A stretch of 63,680 bases of DNA, filler included, from Chrysochromulina tobinii (lineage: Eukaryota), in assembly GCA_001275005.1 (NCBI GenBank). It is 5 parts of 5 records of this genome, joined end to end, with 100 filler letters (N's around TTAATTAATTAA, not from the genome) between each part and the next. Parts side by side here need not be neighbours in the genome. Positions count along the whole stretch, not along the records: positions 1 to 25,805 come from JWZX01000938.1; 4 more parts are not named here. One strand, given 5' to 3'. This document shows, in pieces, positions 10,704-21,105 of the stretch; position 1 is the stretch's first letter; each line of letters opens with the position of its first letter. Below the pieces are notes generated by a model. The model was not told where the DNA came from. It saw only the letters and a program-made list of their open reading frames with translations, and did not search any database. Made by a program: the position numbers and the translations under genes.

Positions 10704-13223
10704 TCATCGCCCAGCAGCAGCACCTGGAAGGCGGGGTGGCTGGTTGGGCCCCGTCTCCTCACAATCTGAGCCGCACGCGTCGAGTTCCGAGCAGGTGCCG
10801 TACGTGAATGAGTCTGACTCGTCCCTGTGGGCTTCGTCAGGTTTGGAGGAGCAGCGCAGTCGCAGCACCTCGCGCTGCGCCAGGAGCCAGTCGAAGTAGA
10901 GGCGATCCTTTTCAGCATGCAGTCGTGCCTTGTCTGCGGCCAGCCGTTGATGGTCCGTCTCCGCCACGCGCCGGGAAGTCCACAATGGTTTGAGGGTGCT
11001 GTGCACGAAGAGCTGTACGACTCCCGTCCCTAAGGCGAAGGAGATGCAGCAGCCGCCTACCAAGAGCAGGTACGCCTCATTGAGCTCGCCGCTCGGCAGC
11101 CAGCACGGGTGGTGATGCGGGTGGTGATGCGGGGGATGACGCGGGCGTGGATGCGGGTGGTGGGAGGCCTCCTCCGACGCCCTCACGCTCGATTGGAAGC
11201 TGCCGAAGACGGCTGGGGCCAACCAGAGGAGATAGAGGCACTCGATGAGGGCACATGTCCAACGGCGGAGCCGGGTACTGATGGGCTGCGTGCCGTGCAT
11301 CAGGCCGATGAGCATGCTGGCAGTGAAGGCCGCTTCGCGGTGGGCCAGCCGCGGCGAGGCGATGGGGTGGACCCAGCCGGCCGAGCCAAGGGCGATCGAG
11401 CCTGCCTCGGCGGCCTGCCACAGCACGAGACAAAGGCTCCATGCCTCACCGTCGCGCTTGCTCGGCTGTGCCCATCGGAAGCACAGCAGGACGCTCAGGC
11501 AGACGGTCGCCATCAGCTCGATCGGATGGTAGTGGCTCAGCCAGCTCTGGAGTGCCCAGTAGAGGGTGAGCAACGAGAGCACCGACGTGTCGAATCGGCT
11601 CAGCTTCATATGCAGCCACGTGTCAAATTGCGAGTCGAGGTCGTTCGGCGCGTCGAGCACGGCGAGATAGCGCAAGAGCGACTCGCGCCGGTTAGACGTG
11701 GTGCCGAGCACGTACAGGAGAGGAGCGAGAGGGAGTACCACCACCGCGGGCGAGATGTGGGCGGCGTACGAGCCATCTGCCAGCCAGCGTATGCACAGGT
11801 GGACGCAGAAGATGAAGGCCAGAAGCAATCCTGCCTTGTGCCCGGAGCGCCAAGCGAACTCGAGCAGTTGCGCGGGGGCAGCGTGGAGCGTCCGCGCGCC
11901 GTGCCGCATGGAGCGACAGAAGGCGAAGCCCACGCACGCGAGTGTGGCGAAGAGAGGCGCTTGGGCTGGATTGTAGGGAGCGTCGGCGCCGAGGGCCAGG
12001 CAGAGCCCCGCGAGGAGCGTTAGGGCGGTGAAGAGGAGCGCAAGCAGCAGGCTCGCCCACATCCACATGTGCACGAGGGTGTGCACGGCAGCGGGTGGGT
12101 GTGGACTCACGGCGAGTCCCGAGACGGGGAAGCCCGCTATGGCCACACTCGAAAAGATCCATGCCGTCGGACCGCGTGAGCCAAGGAATGAAAGCCAGTC
12201 GGGCAGCACCCGGTGAGGCGCGATGAACTCATCAAAGAGCCACAGGGTCATGCCGCAGATCAGCAGCAGCACGCCTGCCTGCATGCCACGGACCCATCCA
12301 TCGGGCTTGCGGCTCGGAGAGGGAGAGGGACGCATCTCAGCAGGCAACGCATGCTGACCGGCCAGCATGTAAAGCAACGCATTGAGGGCCCGTCTGTAAC
12401 GCTCGTCGGCAGCTGAGACCCAGCCGCGAGAGGCGAATGGGGAGGAGCTCGGCGGCGGCAGCGGAGGCGGGTCGAAGCATGGGGAGGAGCGCCACGCAGT
12501 GGTTGCCGATGGCGCCGTGCCGAGCGAATTGAGCTGCTCCTGCTGCCATCGAAGCCGCCTCGCCTGCTGCTCTCGGACGGCCCACAGTGGCCAGACCACA
12601 CGCCGCTCGGCTAGGATCGCAATCGTCACGGTGCCCAAGCCCACGATGGCCTCGGGGAGGCAACTGTGCAGCAAGGTGTCGAAGCTCTCGCTCGTCGTCC
12701 AACATAGAAGGGCGAACCGAAGGGCGAGAATGGCGCCGTACAGCATCGACACGAGCAATACGATTTGAGTGGGCAGTGGCTGCATGGCGTGCGAAACTCC
12801 GGCGAAAAAGGACAACGACACCCGCAGGCCAGCCGTGGTAAGCAGCCGGTCCGTGCGCACATCCAACTTCGCGAAGTAGGAACTGGCGTGATCGATCACC
12901 GGTACGGAGGCATACAGCAAGGCGAGCCCGCACCACACTCGGGCACCGAATTCCCGTTCTGAGTAAGAGGCTCCTGCGATCATGGCCTTGGTCACAAAGG
13001 TGCTCCCAATAATCAAGCATGTCCCACAGACAGGAGCCCGCGCCAAGGGCCCCCCCATGCGTGCCTCCAGCAACACCAGCGCGTAGGCGACGACGATCAG
13101 GAATCGTTGTGCATGGCGAACGTGCAAATCCAGCCAGATACGGTACGAAGCACCAAGGTCTGCGGCGGGATCGTGAGCTGCGACTCTGCTATGTGCCTGT
13201 CCAGAGCTGGCCTTCGCGCCCAT
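10704..13223 (-). CDS. Multi-pass membrane protein of unknown function, with short coiled coils after the TM bundles
   Basis: 839-aa ORF with many hydrophobic segments; two bundles end in PLW followed by a charged helix (EQQARRLRWQQEQL; HQRLAADKARLHAEKDRL). Confidence 0.7.
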   Translation of the reverse strand: MGAKASSGQAHSRVAAHDPAADLGASYRIWLDLHVRHAQRFLIVVAYALVLLEARMGGPLARAPVCGTCLIIGSTFVTKAMIAGASYSEREFGARVWCGLALLYASVPVIDHASSYFAKLDVRTDRLLTTAGLRVSLSFFAGVSHAMQPLPTQIVLLVSMLYGAILALRFALLCWTTSESFDTLLHSCLPEAIVGLGTVTIAILAERRVVWPLWAVREQQARRLRWQQEQLNSLGTAPSATTAWRSSPCFDPPPLPPPSSSPFASRGWVSAADERYRRALNALLYMLAGQHALPAEMRPSPSPSRKPDGWVRGMQAGVLLLICGMTLWLFDEFIAPHRVLPDWLSFLGSRGPTAWIFSSVAIAGFPVSGLAVSPHPPAAVHTLVHMWMWASLLLALLFTALTLLAGLCLALGADAPYNPAQAPLFATLACVGFAFCRSMRHGARTLHAAPAQLLEFAWRSGHKAGLLLAFIFCVHLCIRWLADGSYAAHISPAVVVLPLAPLLYVLGTTSNRRESLLRYLAVLDAPNDLDSQFDTWLHMKLSRFDTSVLSLLTLYWALQSWLSHYHPIELMATVCLSVLLCFRWAQPSKRDGEAWSLCLVLWQAAEAGSIALGSAGWVHPIASPRLAHREAAFTASMLIGLMHGTQPISTRLRRWTCALIECLYLLWLAPAVFGSFQSSVRASEEASHHPHPRPRHPPHHHPHHHPCWLPSGELNEAYLLLVGGCCISFALGTGVVQLFVHSTLKPLWTSRRVAETDHQRLAADKARLHAEKDRLYFDWLLAQREVLRLRCSSKPDEAHRDESDSFTYGTCSELDACGSDCEETGPNQPPRLPGAAAGR

Positions 13224-13651
13224 CGCGTGGTGCGTCGCCGTCGACGCTCTTCGCGTCTTGGGTCACAGACTCATCCAACCCAAAGTTAACTCGTGCATAA
13301 ACCCCGTCACTTCTAATTTCCTAGGTCGTCGACGCCGCACCGCATCGTGCTCCACGCCTCCACCGGTGCGGCGCTTTTCTAATGACGAGCCAAGGCTGAC
13401 GGAATCAGGCAGGTCATGTCAGGGCCTTCCATACATTGTACATCATATACATTCAACTCAAGGAACTCAATCGAAATACGCCTACATGATCTTCATTGAC
13501 GGCCATGTTAACAGGTGCACCACTGTCAAGACAGGCCCGACCGAAAAGTGTATACTGTGTTTCCACAAGTTCCCCTGTGTGTTTCCACAAGAAATGGAGT
13601 CGCACTCGGAGTCACCCCACCACACAAGGCTGTGTGTACAGGATCGAATCG

Positions 13652-14491
13652 ATGTACGCACCCTCTTTGGACCGCACTGATTCAGCCAATCATGTTCACC
13701 CTCCGATACTCGATCTGTCCAAACCCGACGCCGAGTTGCGCGGTACCGTGAGAGCCGCACTGATGAATACGCTCACGCCAATGGTCGGGTTGGTCAACCA
13801 CGGCTGCGAATCTGCTTGTTCCGCGCTGGCAGAGGCAATGCGTGGACAAATTGCAGCCGCTGGCGGCCTTGGAGAGGTCAAGGAGCAGGCTTGCCAGATT
13901 GAGGGCGCCTGTGCCACTGCGGCGGCCGAATTGCGGGCGTGCCTGCGCGACGTATGCCTTCGAGCTCTTCGCGTAGCACTGGATGACGAGTCGATTGACC
14001 AGACACTCGCCACGCGAGGACTCGACCTCGAAGGCCGCCTGTGCCTTCGCGTGTATCCTTCGCTAGCGGAGTCCTCGCGGATCGTGGATGCAAACGTCCC
14101 GCTGCGCCTCGGTGCACACTGCGACAGCACCCTGATGACGTTGCTGTGGTCCGACAGTCCCGGGTTGCAGGTGCTCGACCCGCAGCGAGCGGCAGAGTGG
14201 ACGTCCGCGGCCATCTTACGATATGGCCTTCCGACCATGGGCGACGTGGATGCTGTCACCGCGCTCCGCGAGGACCAATGGGCGACTGTGATCCTGCCCT
14301 GGCATGCAAATCCGCTCCTGCTCACGCTTGGGACGAGCTGGCTCAGCTCCGAGTTGACTGCAACGGCATGTCCAGCGCGATGCGCGGTGCTCCACCGCGT
14401 CAGCCTGCCTACAGAGCGCACGCGACACTCGCTTCCATTCTTGGCTGATTTGGTTGCCGTGGAGGCGGTTACATGTACTCCGCGTCCTTGA
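13652..14491 (+). CDS. 2OG-Fe(II) oxygenase, isopenicillin-N-synthase-like fold
   Basis: PILDLS, LVNHG, LRVYP, GAHCDSTLMTLL..PGLQV, LHRV..RHSLPF (HxD...H...RxS). Confidence 0.85.
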   Translation: MYAPSLDRTDSANHVHPPILDLSKPDAELRGTVRAALMNTLTPMVGLVNHGCESACSALAEAMRGQIAAAGGLGEVKEQACQIEGACATAAAELRACLRDVCLRALRVALDDESIDQTLATRGLDLEGRLCLRVYPSLAESSRIVDANVPLRLGAHCDSTLMTLLWSDSPGLQVLDPQRAAEWTSAAILRYGLPTMGDVDAVTALREDQWATVILPWHANPLLLTLGTSWLSSELTATACPARCAVLHRVSLPTERTRHSLPFLADLVAVEAVTCTPRP

Positions 14492-14851
14492 TGATGGTTT
14501 CAAAGTGCTCACTGAAGCGGCGCGGGCGTCTGTTTGCGATCCGAGTCCGGTGTTGAAGAATAGGTTTGCTTGCCTTTTAGCCTTTTCACGTCATGCGGAC
14601 ATACATCGCTTCATGGATATCATGGAAACGGGCTGTCAGCCACAACAAGAGCCACACGTCTCGAATAATGACCGGACCGGACCGCGGTGGCCGGAGCCGC
14701 CCGGGGGCCGCCGGCAGCGGTGCTCGGTATCACACCCGCCGTTACGGGGGGCTAACACACCCGCCCACACCCCCCCTTACATTGTAGTCTGACCCTCTGC
14801 TGACTTTTCATCTGTGAAATTTGCAATGAACCGAAAATTAGGGCTGTCTTG

Positions 14852-17055
14852 ATGATGATGAGCATGAGCATGTCGCTCTCGCTGGCAGCGGGGCCTCATG
14901 TACAACGCGACATTCCGCCCACTGCCAAGGCAGCCTGCGCCTCGCTCAACTTCTCGATGAAGGTGGAGCTCATGCACGGATTTGGCGAGATCGACGGCTA
15001 TTCGAGGAATTCAGGTTGCGGGTACTTTTGTGGTAGGAAGACGTTTAGGTGGGACAACGGGCCCCAGGGCTTTGGAGACGGCTCGCCCGCTGGCAATTCC
15101 ACGCAATGGCCCTCTACGTTGAACATCGCCGCGACCTTTGACCCGGTGCTTGCGTACGAGTGGGGGGTGGCCATGGGCGAGGAATGGTGGGGCAAGGGCA
15201 CCAACATTCTCGAGGGACCTGGCATCAACGTGATGCGCGTGCCCTACAACGGACGGACCTTCGAGTACATCTCGGGCGAAGATCCGGTCCTTGGCAGCCT
15301 CCTTGTTGGTCCAACCATTGATGGCATGCAGCAGAATGCGATGGCGATCGCCAAGCACTACATCTTGAACAATCAGGAAACGGATCGCTCCGGAGTCAAC
15401 GAGCTCGTGGATGAGAAAACCATCATGGAGTTGTACGGGCCGCCGTTTGAGGCGGCTGCCAAACACAAGGTTGCTGGCTACATGTGTGCTTACAATCGTA
15501 TCAACGGCGTCTGGGCGTGCGAGCAACCCTTCACTCTGCGCAAGATGCTCAAGGGCTTCTGGAACTTCACCGGGTTCATCGTCTCGGACTGGGGTGCGAC
15601 GCACTCGACATCCGAGGCCGTCAACGCCGGACTCGACATCGAGATGCCGGGCTCCAAGTTTTTCAATGAGGCCAAGTTGAAGGCTTCCCTCGACGATGGC
15701 TCTCTGACGATGGAGCAGTTTGACGAGACTTGCGTGCGCATCCTCTCTCCGTGGTATGCTCTCGACCCATCCAAACGCTTCCCATGCAACGGCGAACGGT
15801 GCATTGATCGAAACGTGTCGACGCCGGAGCACAAGACACTCGCACGCACGGTGTCTGCCTATAGCACAGTCCTCCTCAAGAATGGTGTCGTTGATGGATC
15901 ATCCCCGGGAAGCAAGCCGCTGCTGCCTCTGAGCAAGGCAGACACGAAGACGATTGCGCTGATCGGCGCGGATGCCGAGACTCCGTACACAGCGGGCGGA
16001 GGCTCGGGCCATGTGGATGACTCCAATGTAAAGGTGACGCCTCTCATGGCCTTCCAAGCGCTCGGCTATCAGGTCACGTATGCCACTGGCTGCAAGGATG
16101 GCAAGCCAGACACCCATGGGGCGGCGGCCGTGGCCGCCGCCGCCGACGTCGCCATCGTCTTCACTTCCGCCAAGGCGTCAGAAGGGTCGGACCGCAAAAG
16201 CCTTTACCTGTCCAATGTTACAGATTCGCACGGCGGGTGTGGCTACCCGCAAGAGGAGCTCATCACCGCCGTCGCCGCCTTCCAGCCCAAGACTGTTGTC
16301 GTCATGGCGGTGCCTGGACCTATCTTAACCGAGTGGCGCGACAGCGTGCCCTCCATTCTATGCGCCTTCCTCCCCGGCGAACAGTACGGCAACGCAATCG
16401 CCGATCTCATCTTTGGAAACACGGTGCCACAGGCCAAGCTGCCCGTGACCATGCCTCTCACCGGCAACGATCAGGTGCGATGGCCACTGATGACCCTGGA
16501 TTGGCCACGATTGACCAGTGATGACCGCTCACAGCAGCCATGTTTGGCTCCTGCACCGGCCAGGGCATGACCGAGCACCAATGGCCAGGAATCAAGAGCG
16601 CTCAGTTCCCGGGCCATCTAGAAGCGAACTACTCCGAAGGGCTCATCAACGGCTACCGTTGGTATGACAAGCACAAGGTGATGCCAGCGTTCCCGTTTGG
16701 CTTTGGACTGACGTACGGCACATTCAAGTACTCCGATCTCCAGATCGAAGGGCGGACCATCTCGTTCACTGTAATCCGGAGGCCTGATTCGCCCTACGCC
16801 GGCTGCGACACGCCCCAAATCTATCTCTCATATCCAGGCGCAGACAGCGACCTCCAAGTTCCTTCCAAGGTGCTGAGATACTTTCAGAAGACGTGCAAGC
16901 CGAGCACTCTGATCTCTTACACCCTGACCGACCGCGACGTGTCCAACTGGGATGTGGCGCAGCAGATGTGGGTTGTGACTCGCGGCACGTACGGCGTCAT
17001 TGCTGCGCCCGCGTCACAAGGGGTCGAGAGCCTCGTGGGCAGCCTCACCATCTGA
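14852..17055 (+). CDS. Glycoside hydrolase family 3 beta-glucosidase; one intron 16475..16563
   Basis: DNGPQG, GPGINVMRVPYNGRTFEYISGEDP, AKHYILN, MCAYNRING, VSDWGA, YSEGLINGYRWYD, FPFGFGLTY; a phase-0 GT-AG intron joins the two ORFs. Confidence 0.93.
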
Positions 17056-17297
17056 GGGGCACACCAAAAGGTGGCATGTACATGTACGTGCGGGTCGCGA
17101 CGGGATGATGATGATGCTCGCGGGAGGGGGAGGAGAGCGGCAGCGGCAGCGTCGGGGGCGGCGGCGCAGGTGCGTACTACCCACGGCGCACAGCTGCTGG
17201 GGCTGGCTAGAGGTAATTATGAAGTCGATTTTGAAGACGAGCTCGCCTTTCCTTCTTTGTCCCAATTCTTATTTCCTTGCCTATCAAACGCCGGACC

Positions 17298-17918
17298 ATG
17301 TCGTCAGCCTTCACCGACTACTCCCCGCCGTCTTACACGACCTCTGCTTTTGCAACGGACAATGGTAGCCGCGAGGGAATTGAGGCCCGCCGTCTGCAAG
17401 CGCACTACGAGGCCCAGCGGCACTCCTCCTTCCCGACTTCGGTCACACTGAACGGTGTCCAGGTGCCGATCTTCAAGTACGACGAGCTCGAGAGGCTGAA
17501 CTGGAATATTCTCAAGACCAAGGCGCTCAACCTCAAGGATACGATCATCAGCACCCGCAGTGGCTTCTTCGAGCACTACGCTGACCTCACCCTCCGCACC
17601 ACCAACGCCGAGCAGGTCGTCGCATGGTTTATCGCAGTCCAGGTGACGATCTGTAACGCCCTCGGCTACGAGTTCGACGCGTCTTCCTTCGGCGCGCCTG
17701 CCGACGAGAACGTCTCGTACCGCGCGCCGTCATCCAACCCATCGCGCCGCACGGCGCCCTGCTGGGCGCAAGAGGATGTAAGCAACCGGATCCCCTCTCG
17801 CCAGGGACATGCCCCGACCAAGCAGGCGGTCTACCATGGTGACGCAGCTGCCAACCGGTGCGACGATGCGGCACGCATCCGCGCCCGCCAGAATCAAGGA
17901 TCGTTCACGCTCGGCTAG
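17298..17918 (+). CDS. Hypothetical protein (~206 aa)
   Basis: ATG-initiated ORF with host-like GC3-rich codons; no motif recognised. Confidence 0.6.
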   Translation: MSSAFTDYSPPSYTTSAFATDNGSREGIEARRLQAHYEAQRHSSFPTSVTLNGVQVPIFKYDELERLNWNILKTKALNLKDTIISTRSGFFEHYADLTLRTTNAEQVVAWFIAVQVTICNALGYEFDASSFGAPADENVSYRAPSSNPSRRTAPCWAQEDVSNRIPSRQGHAPTKQAVYHGDAAANRCDDAARIRARQNQGSFTLG

Positions 17919-18309
17919 AAGTGGGCGTCCTCTCACGCTCACAGCTCGAGCTCTCGGTCGCCGTGGAAGGAGTGCTCTGAGGAGAAGCATAATATTAACA
18001 TGAATATAAACCACCGAAAGCCACTCGCCCCACTGCCCCCACTCCATCCACTTCACAAACTTCTGTACGTGTGTTATCGAGAAGCTGTCAGCGTCACCAC
18101 ACAGCAATGAGCAGCACTATACGTGATACCTGGCCGGAGCTGGCGTCAGGCGTGTCGACGATTCGCGAGGCCGCACCCGTTCCGCGCTTCCGCGCCGCCC
18201 CGCACACACGGACTATCAGCGCGATTCATACGGTGTGGGGGAGGACCGCGACGACACTGCCTGATTTATTCATACATTGACCTTCACACCCCGCATCTTT
18301 TTCCGCGAT

Positions 18310-20679
18310 ATGGCGGAGCGGGGAAGCGTAACCCTGACGCTACGGAGCAGCAGCCCGGGACACCGCTTTGGCGTAAATGTGGTCAGATCATGTCCCGAGA
18401 GCGACCAATTGTACACTGCCGGCCGCGACGGCACCGTGCGGTGCTGGTCGGCCGGCGCGAGCTCCCAGCCGGTGCTCAAGCAAACGCTCGACGAGCACAC
18501 GGAATGGGTCAACGGCATCGCCATAATTCAGCCTGGTGTGCTCGCGTCGTGCTCCTCAGACCGCACGGTGAAGGTGTGGTCGGTGAGCAGCCACAGCCCC
18601 GGGACAACACAGGTCCGCGCGGACACGCTCGGGCACCACGGCGACTACGCCAAGGCCATCGCGTTTGCACCACAGCGCGGCCTGCTAGCTAGCGCCGGCT
18701 TCGACTGCCGGCTGATGCTTTGGGACCCGCAGCGCGCGTCGCCGATCGCTGCATCGGTCCTACCCGCGCAGAGCGAGGTGGGCGCGGTGCATCAGCACTC
18801 GATCTACGCGCTCGACTGCAACGCGGAGGGCACGCTGCTCGCTACCGGCTCGGTCGATACGGACGTGCGCCTATGGGACCCGCGTGACCTGCGAAGCAGC
18901 CTGCGCCTGCAGGGCCACACGGACATCATTCGATCCGTCATTTTGTGCGAGGACGGCCGGCGTGCGCTCTCTTGCTCGTCCGACGCGACGGTGCGCGTGT
19001 GGCACCTTGGCGAGCAGCGGTGCGAGCAGGTGCTCGCGCACCACTCTGCCTCCGTCGTATCCCTCTGTGTGCACGCGAGCCATGTGCTCTCGGGCGACGC
19101 CCGGGGCGAGGTGCGCATCAGCCATTTGAGCTCGGGCACGTCGGCGTTGCTCTGCCGCGCGTCGGCGCATCCTATCCTCAGCCTCCATGTCCAGCCCGCC
19201 CACGAGCGACTCTGGGTTTCGTCAACAGCGTCCACGCTGCACAGCTGGGACCTACGGAAGCTCGATGTGCCCGCCGCCGGCTTCGGAGCCGCCAGCACGG
19301 CCGACACACGCGCCGACACACGCGCCGGCGCCGTCCACTCGTCGGCCGCGGAAGTACCTCTGCTGCGAGATCCTGTGATGAGCATACGTGGCTCCGCGGG
19401 CATCAAACGGTGCGCATCGCGTCGGATGCATGCATGCATGCATGCCTCCCTCGCACCACGAGATTCGAATCGAGATCGCACCTCGTTCGAGATCGACCTG
19501 CACCCTCATCGGCGCTGCTGACCTCCTCTCGTGTTCCCACTGATGGCCTCTGAGTGCCTCTGATGGCCTCTGATGGCCTCTGAGTGCTTCTGAGTGCCTC
19601 TGAGTGCCTCTGAGTGCCTCTTATGGCCTCTGATGGCCTCTGATGGCCTCCGAGTGCCTCTGAGTGCCTCTCGTGCTCCCGCCGCGCGCAGCCACGCGAC
19701 GCTACCGTCCAAGGTCCAGGCCCTCACCGAGAGTGACGACGGCGAGGTGGCGCTCTGGGACATCCCGAGCGCTTCCTGTGTACGCCGCGAGCCTCCGTCG
19801 CCGCGGGGGGCGCCCAACCGGTACGAGGCGCTCCTAGAGGAGCTCGAGCAAGAGAAGATCGCTGTGCCCTCGTGGTTCACTCTCTCGTCGCGATCGGGCG
19901 CGCTCGAAGTCACGCTGGAGCCGAGCTTGTGCTTCAACGCCGAGGCGTATGCGGCCGACCTTCGACTCACGCCACCTGAGTCCGAGCTCCGCATTAACTT
20001 GGGCGAAAGGTTACTTGCTTCGCTCTTCCACACGTGGCGACTCGGCGCCCTCGCTGCCCTCAGCGCCGCCACACCGCCCGTGCCGCCCGTCGGTACGGAG
20101 GCGCCGCCGCCACAGCGCGAGGAGGAGACGCTGCCCACCACGGCGCTGCCCACATTCGCGTTCGCGGACCTGCCCTTGCACACTGTGTGCGTGATCGACG
20201 ACGGCGTGGTCGTGCTGCGTTGTGCAGCGGACGCTCTTCCAAGCGAACCGCCCGAAGGCATGCCTCGCTGGCTGCTCGATACGGCGCTGTTCGGCCGATA
20301 TGAGCCCCGCGAGAGCCTCAAGATCTCCTTTGTCCTCGAGCCCCATCCGTCGGATGCATGTAGCAGGGGGGGGAAGCTGCCCGAGCTACGAAGCAACGAG
20401 TGCCGCCTCTCGGCGCCGCGCGCGCTCAAGCTTGCCAAGGTCCTCCAATACGTCGACGAGAAGCTCGGCCGAGCGGCGCACCCGAATGGCTTCGAGCTCA
20501 GCTGCGCCGACAATGTGCTCCGGCCCGACATGAGCCTAGGGACCGCGCGAGCCTTTTTCTGGAAGCAGGGCGGCGACATGCTCGTGCATTACAGGGAGGT
20601 CCCCGCAGCCCAGGGTCCATCAAAGGAGGTCTCCCCGAGCTCGATCGAGCGTGGCCCCAAGCATGATGTCGCGAAATAA
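18310..20679 (+). CDS. WDR48: WD repeat protein 48 / UAF1 (USP-activating factor); intron 19410..19691
   Basis: LYTAGRDGTVRCW, HTEWVN, SCSSDRTVKVW, HGDYAKAIA, LQGHTDIIR, VPSWFTL, INLG; C-terminal FELSC..LRPDMSLGTARAFFWKQGGDMLVHYR; splicing restores the frame. Confidence 0.9.
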
Positions 20680-21105
20680 GTTGAGTCCGGGCGCTCCGCT
20701 CGTCGCTCGCAGGACAGTAACGCTCGACGTTGGTCGAAGAAGTCGAGGTTGAAGACTCTGCGTGGATCGGAACGGACGCTCGAACCCGCTCGTAGGTTTT
20801 TGATATGATTATAGCCGGGTCCGATACGAACGATAATAGTGTGTGTGCTCAACGCGCCGTGTTGAACACACTGATTGTATGGTGATAACTCCCGCCACCG
20901 TGCACCGCCCACGAAAGGCCGCCTCTGTCTTGCTTGGGTGGGCGGGCACCAGGAGCTAGCGGACGCTTTAGTCCTAGTCCCAAAATTCGCCACCACGGCG
21001 CTTCTGCAATGGCGACGAAGGTAAAGCTACCCGTTCGTCACTACAGGGTGCTCGCACCAGCTGGCTGCCATCCCCGTCCTCACTGACGCGACGCGGGACC
21101 GATTC

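Noticed and set aside
14826..14852. Regulatory uORF before GH3
   Set aside because: Could equally be the true start separated by a 1-nt error; cannot be distinguished without reads.
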